From the NCBI GenBank assembly GCA_000934665.2, contig KZ538263.1:1-64000 (forward strand): DNA of 64,000 bases. Reading direction: 5' to 3'. Below the pieces are notes generated by a model, which had not been told where the DNA came from, did no database searches, and worked only from the letters and a program-made list of their open reading frames with translations. Positions 52,339 to 64,000 of the stretch are shown one piece after another. The position numbers and the translations under genes were made by a program. The DNA is from Catajapyx aquilonaris. Taxonomy: Eukaryota. Every line of letters begins with the position of its first letter. Position 1 is the first letter of the stretch.

Positions 52339-55300
52339 TTAAACAGGTTTGAGTCTGTAAGCTTTTCCGGAATCTTCGTCGTAGACTAAGCCTGAGTCTA
52401 GGTCGAAGCTTAGTCTCGGTTCTTTCTTTACAACAGGTTTCGACTCTGGTATAATCTTCTTGATGTCTTCTGAAGATGAGGTGTCCAACTCGCCTTTTAC
52501 TCTCGATTCAGCTTGTTCGTATGATGGAACCGGTTCGCTTCCTCCAAAACCCTGCAAAAAAAACCAGTTTTAAATATAGTTAACATGTACTTATTAGACC
52601 TTCAGTTAAACTCGTAAGGTAGAACCAACCTACTTTGCTCCAGTTTTTTTTTACTTACGCCCTAATGAAACAGCTATTGTCAACCCTGACACGTAACAAT
52701 TATTGTTCCGAATCCTAAAAATTCGTAGATACCATTTACTTTCACTGCAATAAGTATTACACAATCCACACTTGTGGAACCGGGCTACGCCACCTAATAA
52801 TATTGGGCTACCGGTGCAATAATCCATGACTTAAAAAAAACAATCAAGATTGAATTTACTTCTCTAAATGATTGGCTGAATAATAAAAAAATAAGGCGGT
52901 TTTGGGTTGCTTGTTTTACAGCCCGTTGATATAGAGAGGAGGAACTGCGTGGTCTGGTTTATTGCCAGGCTTTCTCTTGGCATGTGCCACCCAGTTTTTT
53001 GTCAATTAAATCGATGTGTTAACTACATCAGTGCTAAGTGACATATAGGACATTACCTCTCCTCCATATCCGTGATGATCATCATGGTGATCCTGTTGGA
53101 ACATAGAGCGATTAATATATTAGAGAGAAAAAAAGTAGCAGCTAATTACGCATGTCGCACCCCCCAAAAAAATTTATGGTGCACTTTAACTTAAGGTTAA
53201 ACTAATTTACCGCCAGGTATGAAGGACACTCAAAAAATGTCATGCTTTAAGATTTCCTTCACACTTTTTTTTGACGTATGACATGTCTAGACAATTATGA
53301 CACTTTTTGCTACTTCCCACTCCACCCCCCCCCGGATATGCATCAAACCGGTTGTAATAAATGAAACTGATTCACATCATGAAATATTCAGAGCAAGAAT
53401 TAGTATTATGGGACATTTCCTATTATTGCAACATAGTCTGTCCCAAGTATCCCGTGGACATCCATGGAATATCGGGCTGGACATCCACGATGGCCAAGGA
53501 TGTCCCGGATATGGCAGGTACATACCCCATGATTGTAATCCCAGTAATGTTCTCCGTAACCTCCCTTCTTGTCACCCCACCTCACCTAATAAGAGAAAAT
53601 TATGAGTGAATGACCTTGACATAAGCATAAGCATGTGCTAACAGAAAGCAGAAGAACACGCACATACATCAGTACACACATGATATGTGAAAAAAGCGAG
53701 AGTAAGTTCACAGTAAGAGAAGTTCTGTTATGGAGAGTAATGTCCTTACTTTAGTCTTGAAATGTCCAGCTTTTGGTTCGGCCTTCTCATGATGCTCTCG
53801 AAAATGGTGGTCGTTGCCACGACGGTACCCAAACTCGTACTTGTCATGGTCAGGTACTTGTGCGTACCTATATAGCGATAGACTCAAGAAGTACTAGCGA
53901 AGGACAGAAAGTGACAAGAGTGCAATGAACGCATCGTACGCACATACCGTCGTACGTACCTTACGTGATTGTGTAAATCAGGCCAGATTCATGAGCATGG
54001 CAGCCTTGAGTAATTACTCACACTCTACTAATTTACAATTTCGCTTCTCAACGATACGCTCTTGTGGGTTTTACACTGTTCATGAGGACGTCACACTGAT
54101 GCAAGTTCACACACAAAAAAGGCATTTTCAGAATAAGAATAAACGACAGTGGATGAAGATTTCGATTATTTTATCTTTGGAATGACGTCACCGGATGTCT
54201 AAAGTAGGAGGGCCACTGGCTAATCACAGCCAATCATGCAGCAAATCGCGCGGTTCTCAGGACGTCACTCATAATATCGATACGTAGATATCACTCAGAA
54301 ATATCGACGATATGAGGATATATGCCTTCTAGAAATATCGATACGTAGATATTCAACCAGACATAGATATTTCTGGGTGACATCAACATATCGATATGTC
54401 TTGGTTGAATATCTACGTATCGATATTTTGGGGGGACAGCCACATATCGATGTGTTACTGTCACCCAAAAATATCGATACTTAGATATTCAATGAAGACA
54501 TCAATATCTACATATCCATATTTCTAGGTGACATCAACATATCGATGTCTGGATTGCATATCTACGTATCGATATTTTTGGGTGACATTACCATATCGAT
54601 ATGTTGATGTCACCCAAAAATATCGATACGTAGATATTCAACCAGACATCGATATCTACATATGGATATTTCTGGGTGACATCCACATATCGATATGTCC
54701 TGTTGAATATCTAAGTATCGATATTTGGGGGGGGGACATCAACATATCGATATGTTACTGTCACCCAAAAATATCGATACGTAGATATTCAACCAAGACA
54801 TCAATATCTACATATCATCGATATTTTTGGGTGACATCAACATATCGACGTCTTGGTTGCATATCTACGTATCAATATTTTTTGGGTGACATTACCATAT
54901 CGATATTTTTGAGTGACATTAACATATCGATATTTTTGAGTGACATTAACATATCGATATGTTGATGTCCCCCCCCCAAATATCGATATTTAGATATTCA
55001 ACAGGACATATCGATATGTGGATGTCACCCAGAAATATCCATATGTAGATATCGATGTCTGGTTGAATATCTACGTATCGATATTTTTGGGTGACATCAA
55101 CATATCGATATGGTAATGTCACTCAAAATATAGATACGTAGATATGCAATCCAGACATCAATATGTTGATGTCACCCAAAAATATCGATGTAGATGTTCA
55201 ACCAAGACATCGATATGCTGATGCCACCCAGAAATATCGATATGCTGATGCAACCCAAAAATCGATATTTTGATACATAGCGAAACCATTAGTGTCATTA

Positions 55301-55865
55301 AATTGAATAAAAACGTCATTCCAAATTTTGAACAATCGGACAGTGCAGCACCGTATGATCCCGAAGATCTACTTTTGAGAGTACCTTCCCCTGAACCACG
55401 TGTTGGTCTCTTCTCTCGAATTTCTCCTCCCACTGGTCTGGGTCCTCGCACACGTGACCCAACTCGTATTGCAAAGGTCCGTACCTGTGGTCGTACATAT
55501 TCCTACACAAAAAGTGGCACGCACATTGTCAAAAATGTGTAACTCACATGTAGTATTTGCTGTCGATTCCACCTCCACCTCCACCACCACTTCCTCCACT
55601 TTCAGACGTATCATGGTCTTCTCCTACAGCTATAAATATTTAATAGTTAGTATGCTAATTTTTTAAACTGTCGTCTTGTTTTACCGTTGCCTCCGCCGAA
55701 TCCGACTTGTCTGGCAACCTTCTTGGACTCTGATGTGTCCTGGACACTTCCGGACACTACACCAAGCAGGACAAGAGCCAAAATGTTCCTCGTCTGTAAC
55801 ATTATATTGTAAATATTTCGACCCGAATTTAAACTTAAACCCGGTTTTACCTTCAGTGAATACAT
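52339..55865 (-). CDS. Secreted protein F with VRWGDKxGGYGEHYWDYNH motif and two alternative internal exons
   Basis: Exons 55865-55851 (MYSLK), 55793-55685 (signal peptide), 55629-55548, then [55502-55385 or 53867-53750], then 53585-53526 (VRWGDKKGGYGEHYWDYNHG), 53092-53057 (DHHDDHHGYGGE) and 52551-52339 (...LSFDLDSGLVYDEDSGKAYRLKPV*). TATA box at ~55920-55926. All junctions are GT-AG and in frame. Most exons are too short to appear in the ORF track. Confidence 0.8.
53750..53867 (-). CDS. Alternative exon 4b of gene F
   Basis: 118 nt, phase 2 to phase 0, encoding YAQVPDHDKYEFGYRRGNDHHFREHHEKAEPKAGHFKTK. Acceptor TATATAG, donor GTAAGG. Confidence 0.8.
54262..55270. repeat. TATCGATA-rich fold-back minisatellite, ~1 kb
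   Basis: Many ~20-25 bp units such as GGGTGACATCAACATATCGATAT in both orientations. Arms at 54527-54757 and 54947-55176 are near-perfect reverse complements. Confidence 0.9.
55385..55502 (-). CDS. Alternative exon 4a of gene F
   Basis: 118 nt, phase 2 to phase 0, encoding NMYDHRYGPLQYELGHVCEDPDQWEEKFERRDQHVVQGK. Acceptor TGTGTAG, donor GTACTC. Confidence 0.75.
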
Positions 55866-56146
55866 GATGACACGGAGAATGCACCTTTCAAACTCTCGGT
55901 ACGCTCACAATTGTCTTCTTTATATACGCGTTTTAGTGTACACAAAAAATCGTACGGTGTCCACGGTTCAACAGTCTCTACGGCATCACTAGTCACCGCT
56001 GTTTTTTATTGTTTTAAAAAAATCTTCCGTCACGTCCAACGTTCAGGAAGAGAAATTCGACGGACTAAAAAAATTAGGCACAATTTTCAAAAAAATATTG
56101 GGAACAATTTTCAAAAAAAAATTGGGCAATTTTAAAATTATTTTGT

Positions 56147-57412
56147 CTAAATACATCCACTGTTTTCGATTGAATATTTCATTTCTTCAAAGATGGCGAA
56201 GAAGCTGTTGCGGTACACGTGCTTCCATTTGGGGTCTCGTACTACACGCATTATTATCGAGATGATGTCGTTCATCGGGTCATTCCCAGGTTGGGCATGA
56301 CCTGGGTCAACCATGACCGCTTCGTAATCTCTCAACATCGGGTTGGCCACGAATATAGGGAGAAGGAAGAGCATGAGGGCATTCCGCTTACGAAAGTCCT
56401 CAGCCATTTCCTCGAAGGTGAATTTGACCTCTGACCCTAACGAGGTCACGTTGGCAGCGAAGGTGTCGTAGTAACATCGGAGAAGGTGGATCAAGTGCTT
56501 CTTCCTGAACTCGACACTGGTGCTGACCATGATGTAGTTGTTGAGGTCAACGGTCAGGGAGGATATGCTGGTCACCTGCATGTCGAAGAGCTTGATTTCG
56601 ACTGGTACGTCGTTGTGGTACCGGAACAGCATATTGTTGCTCCAACAGTCACGGTGGGCTACGACCGCGTAAGGTCCGGGGTCCTGCACCATCTTCATTC
56701 CGATGTCGTATATCTTGTCCTTGGCACGTCGTAAGATTTCGACCAGGTCCGAGTGGTCATCTTCGTCAACCAGTACGTCCATGACTCCTGAGAAACAGTT
56801 GATGAAGTACGGCTTGAACTCGGCCTCACCCTCTGGTGCCATCAGCTTCTCCTCGAGGTACGGACACTGGTCAGTGTTGGGGTACCCTGTCTGCTGCATC
56901 ATGGAGTACGACACAGAGTGGAAGTCAGCCAGAGCCTTGATGGCCAACTGGGCATGGGCAATGTCGTGTCCGTCTGAAGACAAAGGAAAAAGACAGAACC
57001 CGTGTCTCTTCAGGTCTTCTAGTGCCAACAAGTCACGTACTTGGTCATACAGTGCGTAGTAGCATCGGGGGAAGCTGAGGACAATGCGGCTGGACCGATA
57101 CTCCAAGAACTCCTCCATGGCTGGCAGGACAGTGTCGTAGAACCTGATTTCCTTCAGACCCATCTGGGCAGCTCTAATCAGCTTCAGGTTGACATCACCC
57201 ATGAACTTCAGGAACATATGCAGCATCGTCTCCGTACCGTCGCTGCCCACGTAGGTCAACTGCAACTGACCCACTGCGCATCCAAAGTGCTCGCCTTTCA
57301 AGTCCAGCTGCGATGACTCCATCTGCTTGATGACCAGTCCGTCGTCCTTCAGCTTCTTCCTCAAGGAAGACAGCATCAGATCAGTTGAGATGTAGCTGAC
57401 TATGTGCGCCAT
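56147..57412 (-). CDS. Ecdysteroid kinase-like (EcKL / DUF227, choline-kinase-like) protein, single coding exon
   Basis: ~420-aa uninterrupted ORF with KGEHFG, FLK, KEIRFY, LEDL, LADFHSVS, the Brenner-type motif HRDCWSNNMLF, and DMQ. Start is probably the ATG at 57412 (MAHIV). Confidence 0.88.
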   Translation of the reverse strand: MAHIVSYISTDLMLSSLRKKLKDDGLVIKQMESSQLDLKGEHFGCAVGQLQLTYVGSDGTETMLHMFLKFMGDVNLKLIRAAQMGLKEIRFYDTVLPAMEEFLEYRSSRIVLSFPRCYYALYDQVRDLLALEDLKRHGFCLFPLSSDGHDIAHAQLAIKALADFHSVSYSMMQQTGYPNTDQCPYLEEKLMAPEGEAEFKPYFINCFSGVMDVLVDEDDHSDLVEILRRAKDKIYDIGMKMVQDPGPYAVVAHRDCWSNNMLFRYHNDVPVEIKLFDMQVTSISSLTVDLNNYIMVSTSVEFRKKHLIHLLRCYYDTFAANVTSLGSEVKFTFEEMAEDFRKRNALMLFLLPIFVANPMLRDYEAVMVDPGHAQPGNDPMNDIISIIMRVVRDPKWKHVYRNSFFAIFEEMKYSIENSGCI

Positions 57413-59007
57413 TGCTTGCAACTGATGTACCTATCGGGTATGGTGCAATCACAGGTGTTAGTTAGAAGGCCATCTATAGATAACCACTACGTCACAGGTG
57501 CTTCCCTATCAGAATCGAGGTCACTCCTTTTGATTTCCATGACCTTAATAGACCCCCAGTCGCCTGCATATGGCCCAAACGACGTAATCAGTCAGCTTTA
57601 ATTACCAACGGGGGTGGACTTTTTCCGTTGTAAATGCCCTCAAGTGGTAATAATAATACATTTCGATAAACGTGTGCACCCAATAAGTGGAGCAACCCAG
57701 GTGCCATAAAAAGCAACTGACACTGCCAAGCACCCCCTTCACTCTCTCTAAGCCGCTGTGCACGTTGGGATATGCATTCTTCCGCTTTCGTATTCAGATT
57801 CACCTGGAAAGTGTCACTCATGCATGGCCCAGGTCATGCCGGCCAATCATAAAGCGAGGTCACATTTTTGTGACTAATTTATTCTCATTTTACATATAAC
57901 ACACTTGCACACAGTTTATGCCCATCAGAAAAATTGGTAATAGCCCATACACTAGTCTTTTGAGAGAAAAAAAAAATGAAAACAAATTCATTATTACTAG
58001 AGGAATGGAATTTTTTTTTTGAAGAACTTACCAAGAGTTTACAAGGGACGGTCCAGAAGCGACTGCTCGCCAATAGGAACAATAGGTGTTGCGAGGAGGC
58101 AAAAAATACATTTTCAGTTACGACCAAAATGTGCCACTGCATTCCGTACAGAGTGATGCTTGAGTGGCAATGATTCGTAGTTTGCTCCTCAAAGAGCATT
58201 TACTGACATGATTCAGAAACCACTTTACCTTCAATACATGAGCCTTCTGACCCTTCCCTTGCTCGTCGCAGGTTTCAAAACGCAAATATTGTCATGTTAT
58301 TCACACTTGCACTGTAATAAGTGCCATGCAAAAATTCTTGTGGGTTTTTAAACATCTTCGTAAGTCCTTCATGACACAGTGGGTCAAAACCTGAACAGTC
58401 AGTAACCAACATCCTGCAACTTTAAAAAATGCTGTCATTATCTTCAATTGGATCCACTCTTCGTCCAGCAGGAATTCATTGGAATCCGACTGAGCAGATA
58501 TTGACCATCATATAAAAAGGTACACCACACTACTGGTGAAAAACAAAACATGACTTCACTTTCAATGTTTGAAAATGGACACCCAAGGTGTATCAATGCA
58601 CCCTGAAGTTATCGACGACAAGTGCACAGGCTGATGGGGGCAGTCCCAGTAAAACCAGCCGGCAATCATGGAGGAAAGAAAGAACCAGTAATGCAGCAGA
58701 GAGAGCCGACGGCCACTCTACTTTCAATGGTTACTAATACAGTCCGTCCCAGCTACACAAAGCAGAAAGCTGAGACATTATCTGAATTACATACTCATTT
58801 TGAAACGATCAAGAACGAAAATTAAATGTAACCTAAAAAAAAAAAACAACCTCCACCTAAGATCTTCCAGTCTTACAAATCGAGCCTAGGTATCACCCAA
58901 TGCATAGGAAAAAAATGAAAATAAAACCAACACAAAAACATGAGAAATCAGTTTTCGAAGACGGCCTGGTAAAAAGCTGCGGAGAAGGCAGCAGTTGATC
59001 ATGGCGG

Positions 59008-62000
59008 CTACTTCCCACCTCCTGGGCTGTGTTCTCCGGAAACTCGCTTCATCGACTGCAATGCTCTCTCACGCAGCTTCTTCTCCAGCTCCTCATTACT
59101 CTGTTCACTCTCCTCCTGCAACGACAAGTAACATGCAATTGGAATTGGCTGCCTCGTAACTTCAAACCCACCACCACCATGTTGCTGATTTACGCAACGC
59201 AATAAATTGCAATCATGCACTGAAACCAATTTACAAGTAACACCCATAGATGCATCCATGAGCAGAAAGTAGGGAAACTGCTATAAAATGAATATTAGCA
59301 ACACAGTACAAGAATACTCAAGTTGTAACTACACATAATGTGAGGTATGTGCCACCAAGGCTGATGATACTGGCCGCAGCAGGTATTTCAGCACCATTCA
59401 GCGGACCACATTCTGGATTCGCCTCAACACCTGCCACGCTGGAGTACTTGCTAACAAATCCCACGTTGTCATGTACACTGCTGGACATAATAGCAGTTCC
59501 CTGGAAACTTTCTGATGTGGACGGAGTGAAGATAGCCACTTGTGCTGCTCATCCCAGAAGATTTCTAAGGGACTGCTATTATGTCCAGCCGCGTACTCAT
59601 TCACTTTACAATCCATTGTGCTCATAATTAGCTATTGAAATGATCGTCAATGTAGAATGTGCCCTCGTAATGTTAGCTTTTCATTCCAAGTCAAACTTAA
59701 GGCTTTTAACAAATATGATGTACTGCATTGGCCAAAAAGATCCCACACAATGGCAGTATAGTTCATGCAACCAACCATCCTCACCACATCTAGTACCATG
59801 CAAATTTAAACTACACTATAATTTCTCTCAGGCGGCCTAGAATCATGCTGTGAGAGTAAGAAATGTGAAGCCCTGTCATACGCCATGTCAGTATAGCCAC
59901 ACTTTTCACGAGCACCTTATTACACACTTTATATGCACAACGGCTTGACATAATAGATGTGTGAAGATTGGTGAAACTATTGGGTGAAAAATTAGCCAAA
60001 GTAACTCATTACACATGGATGTAATAAGGCAGTCATAAAGATGAAAATGTTCCATTATGAGTAGCACCAACAACTTCAATGTGCTCCAGCCATGACAACA
60101 CACTTGTCCAGGATTGCAGGCCTTATATTCAGATCTTCTTAGAAAGAGCTAATCAGAAATGGGCACAATTCACTGGATATGGATGCAACAAGGAGGTATT
60201 AACTAATGAACATTGACCGCAACCAATCAATGCAGGGGGGGGGAAAAAAGTCACATGCTGGCAGAAGCTTTCTTCGCAGCAGAGAGTTGTTTCAATGTGC
60301 TCCAACATGGCACAATGTCAAGGCAAATCCTTATTTCCTAACCAGTTACACAAGGATGCACAATCCCATTGGTTTGCTTCCTTTAGGCCAACTTCAGAGT
60401 TTATCGGAACTTCCAGTCTTACGATGAAAATTGTGCGAAAAAAGGCAAGAAATTCAACTGCTCTTTTCTCGATAATTAATCTCATTTACACAATGAGATT
60501 CCAACCTGGAGGATGACTGATTTACGATCAGGCTTTGTCTGATTTTATATACCACTGACATCAACATGACAACCCTGGGAACAAGGGAAGCACTTCTCCA
60601 GCACATATCCATACAGTCGAATTGCGCGTGCATGAACTGCTCATACAATGAGATGTGCATTTCCCACGAAATACTTCAAGAAATCCCATTGATATCATCC
60701 GACATCAATTACTCCGGAAAACACGTTCAAAGGACATGAAATTTCAGTACAGTGAATTAGTGCTTAATCAAAGCAATTCCAACCTGAATTGTGCCCATGG
60801 CTGGCTCTGCTCAATCTTGCTGGCAACTGGTAGAGATGCCTACCTCTGAGTCAGCCTTATGCTTCTTATGTTTCTTATGCTTCTTGTGTTTTTTATGCTT
60901 CTTGTGCTTCTTCTCCTTCTTCTTCTTCTTCTTTTCCTCCACCTCAGACTCCTGCACATGACGCCATCAATTAGTAATTGTAACCGATTGCACCAGGTAG
61001 GAAACTCAATGTCAACGCTTCATTTGTCAGCTTCAAGCAAAAATCTATACATACCTCCTCCGAGTCTGAGCTGGTATCCTTCTCCTTCTGCCTCTTTCGC
61101 CTCTTGCTCTTCTTCGACTTTGTGTCCTCTTCGGAGCTGGAAGCTGCTGCTCTCTTCTGTCGCTGCCTCCTTCCACTTTCCTCCTCTTCCTCATCTTCGT
61201 CAGACGAAGACTCATCAGAGCTGGCCTTCCTCCTCTTCCCTTCCTTCCTCTTCTTAACTTCTTGTGGAGATGAAGAACCAGAAGCCTTCCGCTTCCTCCC
61301 ATCCTTCTTTCCATCTCTAGCCCCGGCCAGTTGGGGAGAAACCTCTTTCCGTTTGGATTTACCCTTCTGCACAGCTTCAGGTGACACTTCTCTGCGCACC
61401 CTTCCCTTGGATCTGGGTTCTTCCTCCGACTCAGAACCTGATGATGAGGATGACGACGACCTGCCCCTCCTCTTGGAAGACACCTTGCCAGGTGTCACTG
61501 GGGACTGCTTCCTTCCCCTCTCAGGACTCTGGGACTTCCTCCTTTTCTTACTATCCTCTGGCTTCCTGAATGGCGAGGGTGTCCGTGAGAGGCTGTGAGT
61601 CCTCTCTCTAGGGACTGGCTTTCTCGGTGGGGATCGGCTGGGTGATCGGGACATGGGCCGACCTCCCCTTTCCATTGGACCACCCCGAGGTGGTGGTGAC
61701 CGCCTCCTGTCGTTGGGCCCGCCACGCATACCCAACCCACGAAGCATAGGCTGTTCCATAGAGCGTCCCCTCATGCGAGGTGGGCTGGGTGAACGTCGGA
61801 ACCGCCGGTTTGGAGACTGGTCTACTGGTGTCCTGTGAATTCAAATAAATGAACATGAATCACCTGCCTTTCATACCTGATGATGCTTCATTAGGGTAAT
61901 GACTTACCTTCTGGAAGGCATGTTACGCACAGGTGGCGGCATTCGACCTCGATCCCTCATTCTTTCTCTCTGACGATTTCGCTGCCGATCCCTGTCCATC

Positions 62001-63535
62001 CTGGCCCTCTGTTCCCTCTCTCGCCACATCTCCCGTTCCCTCTCTCGTTGGCGGGCAACCCTCTCCCTATCTCCTCCCCTGCCATCCCTGCCTCCACCTC
62101 GGCCACCATCTCTGCCTCCCCTGCCTCTTTCCATTGACCTCCTGCGCCTGTCCCTCCCTGGAGACATTCGCCTTGGTGGGGAGCGCATGCCACGGGGAGA
62201 AGGCGAACGTGACCCACCTCTCCTGCGCCTGTCACCATCCTGTCAAGAAAGAGAAACTATATTACACTCAAGACTGCTATCCAGCATGCATCCTTCCATC
62301 AGGCTAATTAATATGCACAACTAAAAATGGTGTGCATTGCCTTGTATGACACGCAAGCATTGTAAAGGATGATGGCAGAATAAACAACTGGAATTATTAT
62401 ATGCAAGAAACTGACCTTTCCCCTGGGGCCATCATCATCCCTCTCAGAATCAGTACTGGCATCTTTGTTGCTGCGGTAGTGCCTCTTTTTCTGCACACTG
62501 TCCTCCTTCTTGTGTATCTCAAAATCCTCATCCTTCCCCCTCTTTCCCTTTCCTCCGCTGCTGCTGCGGTGGCTGCTCCCTCCACTTGAGGAAGAACTAG
62601 TAGTACTGGCAGATCGTCGGCTGCCATGCCTCGGAGCAGCTGGGGAGTGAGAGCTGCTCCTCCTCTGTCCTACCCTTGGGCTGCCCCTAGATCGAGATCG
62701 AGATCGAGAGCGAGATCTGGATGCAGATCGGCCAGGAGATGCAGACCTGGACTGGCTTCTTGACCTGGATTTGCCACCCTTCTGCTGGTGGTGATGGTTG
62801 TGAGGCGGGGAGAATGAGTTGGAAGGCCGGCTGGAAAGTAAGATAATTCTTAGTCAATAAAATCTGCTTAATTAAACATGGTTGAAGGTTAAATTCATCA
62901 TATACGTATGTCATGCGAAGTCAAGGTGGTTCAAATTATGTCAGCTCGTTGGCAATCAGAGGATCACTTTGTGTAGTGGTGTCAATTTGTCTGAGAAGCC
63001 TCGTTACGCAAATAAAATCCAAACCCAACATATGAAATATCCTGGAATAGGTATGCTTCCCTTCTTGCAGCCTTGCACTTTAAATATTGAAAATGTTGCC
63101 GTGAAATGAACTTAATGATCTTACGGGCCGTGTCAGGCAATAGAAGTGTCCTGAGCTGTATTGGCACCATAGAACATGGTGTAATGCACTATCATTTGAG
63201 TAATAATAATTTTCAGAGATAATGATAATGCAGTGCGTAAGGAAACCTCTCCTTATACCGGCATACCTCACTTAGACCAGCATGCCGGTATAGCCACCAC
63301 ATCGGGGATTTCTAATAACTGGTCGACCTCGAATGTGTAGGTAATATGGTAAGAAGATGACTGGGCATATTTAGCCAGTTCTCTGAATGTCTCTTTATCA
63401 TTTACTTACTTCTCCTTGCCATCTTCCTTCTCCTTCTTGATTTGCACTGGCTGATTATTATGACCTTCCTCTTTGGGTAGTGCCACACCATCATTCTCCT
63501 GACCTATGTGCAGCTCAGGCGTCTTTGACCTTGGC
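59008..63535 (-). CDS. SRRM1: Serine/arginine repetitive matrix protein 1 (SRm160)-like, 3' portion; gene continues past the window end
   Basis: In-frame exons 63535-63410 (PRSKTPE...), 62830-62416 (RSRSRSRSR), 62239-61908, 61832-61055, 60951-60844 (KKHKKHKKH) and 59115-59008 (ELEKKLRERALQSMKR). The KKH run plus this terminal motif matches the SRRM1 C-terminus. The N-terminal PWI domain is not in the window. Confidence 0.85.
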
Positions 63536-64000
63536 CTGAAATCACAAGGTAAACCGCACATGTAAGAAGAAACATTCCAATCTGCATCTGCAACAAGTCA
63601 TGATCAGTGTCATTCTCAAAACACCTACATAATGCACCTCCCAAACCAAAATGGTGACGGTTAGGGCCTGCTGAATAATTGTTCGCTGCTCTGGGTTTTG
63701 CTGAGCAATTACAGCACAATTGCATGTCATAAGCTAAGAAGACTGGGTGGTTACAACAGTAAAGGAGACAGTTAACATGGCACAAGTCATACTCAAAGCT
63801 ATCGTAATCACAAGATGTATTTGTCAGCTTTTCTCTCCAACTCGAGCACCTGACAAGCTGGTAGAACTGGACAGTACAGCTGGGATGTCCTGCATAACGC
63901 CACATACCCCTCTCAAATTTTGTGCAGCTAAAAAACACAATTTGTGTGCTCTGTGAGCTTTGCCTTTGCTACACAGCCCAACAGAGATCACAACTGCCCC

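Noticed and set aside
53900..54250. Possible third alternative exon of gene F
   Set aside because: Donor-like sites exist, but I found no open phase 2-to-0 exon resembling 4a or 4b.
54262..55270. Possible CRISPR-like array, or the 145-aa ORF at 54528-54965
   Set aside because: Eukaryotic context, no unique spacers and no cas genes. The ORF is a translation of the satellite.
59116..60843. Possible poison or alternative exon in the long last SRRM1 intron
   Set aside because: Plausible for a splicing factor, but no exon could be delimited from sequence alone.

Overview
Eukaryotic, intron-containing DNA, most likely arthropod. Left to right it holds: a ~9 kb repeat-rich upstream region; a six-exon Runx transcription factor gene (+, 9193-23954, ending VWRPY); a convergent ARFGEF3/BIG3 gene (-, 25553-35859); an unassigned ORF head-to-head with BIG3; and a small multi-exon gene built from duplicated exons with a C-terminal coiled coil. 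Next come five secreted low-complexity (cuticle-protein-like) genes that share a ~45-aa domain I cannot name, and a sixth secreted gene with an apparent pair of 118-nt mutually exclusive exons separated by a TATCGATA-rich fold-back satellite. The window ends with an intronless EcKL/choline-kinase-like gene and the 3' part of SRRM1. Several TA-flanked MITEs, a tRNA-derived SINE with a 15-bp TSD, perfect palindromes and one assembly gap are also present. All exon boundaries were read by eye from GT/AG sites and frame continuity. No database searches were run.
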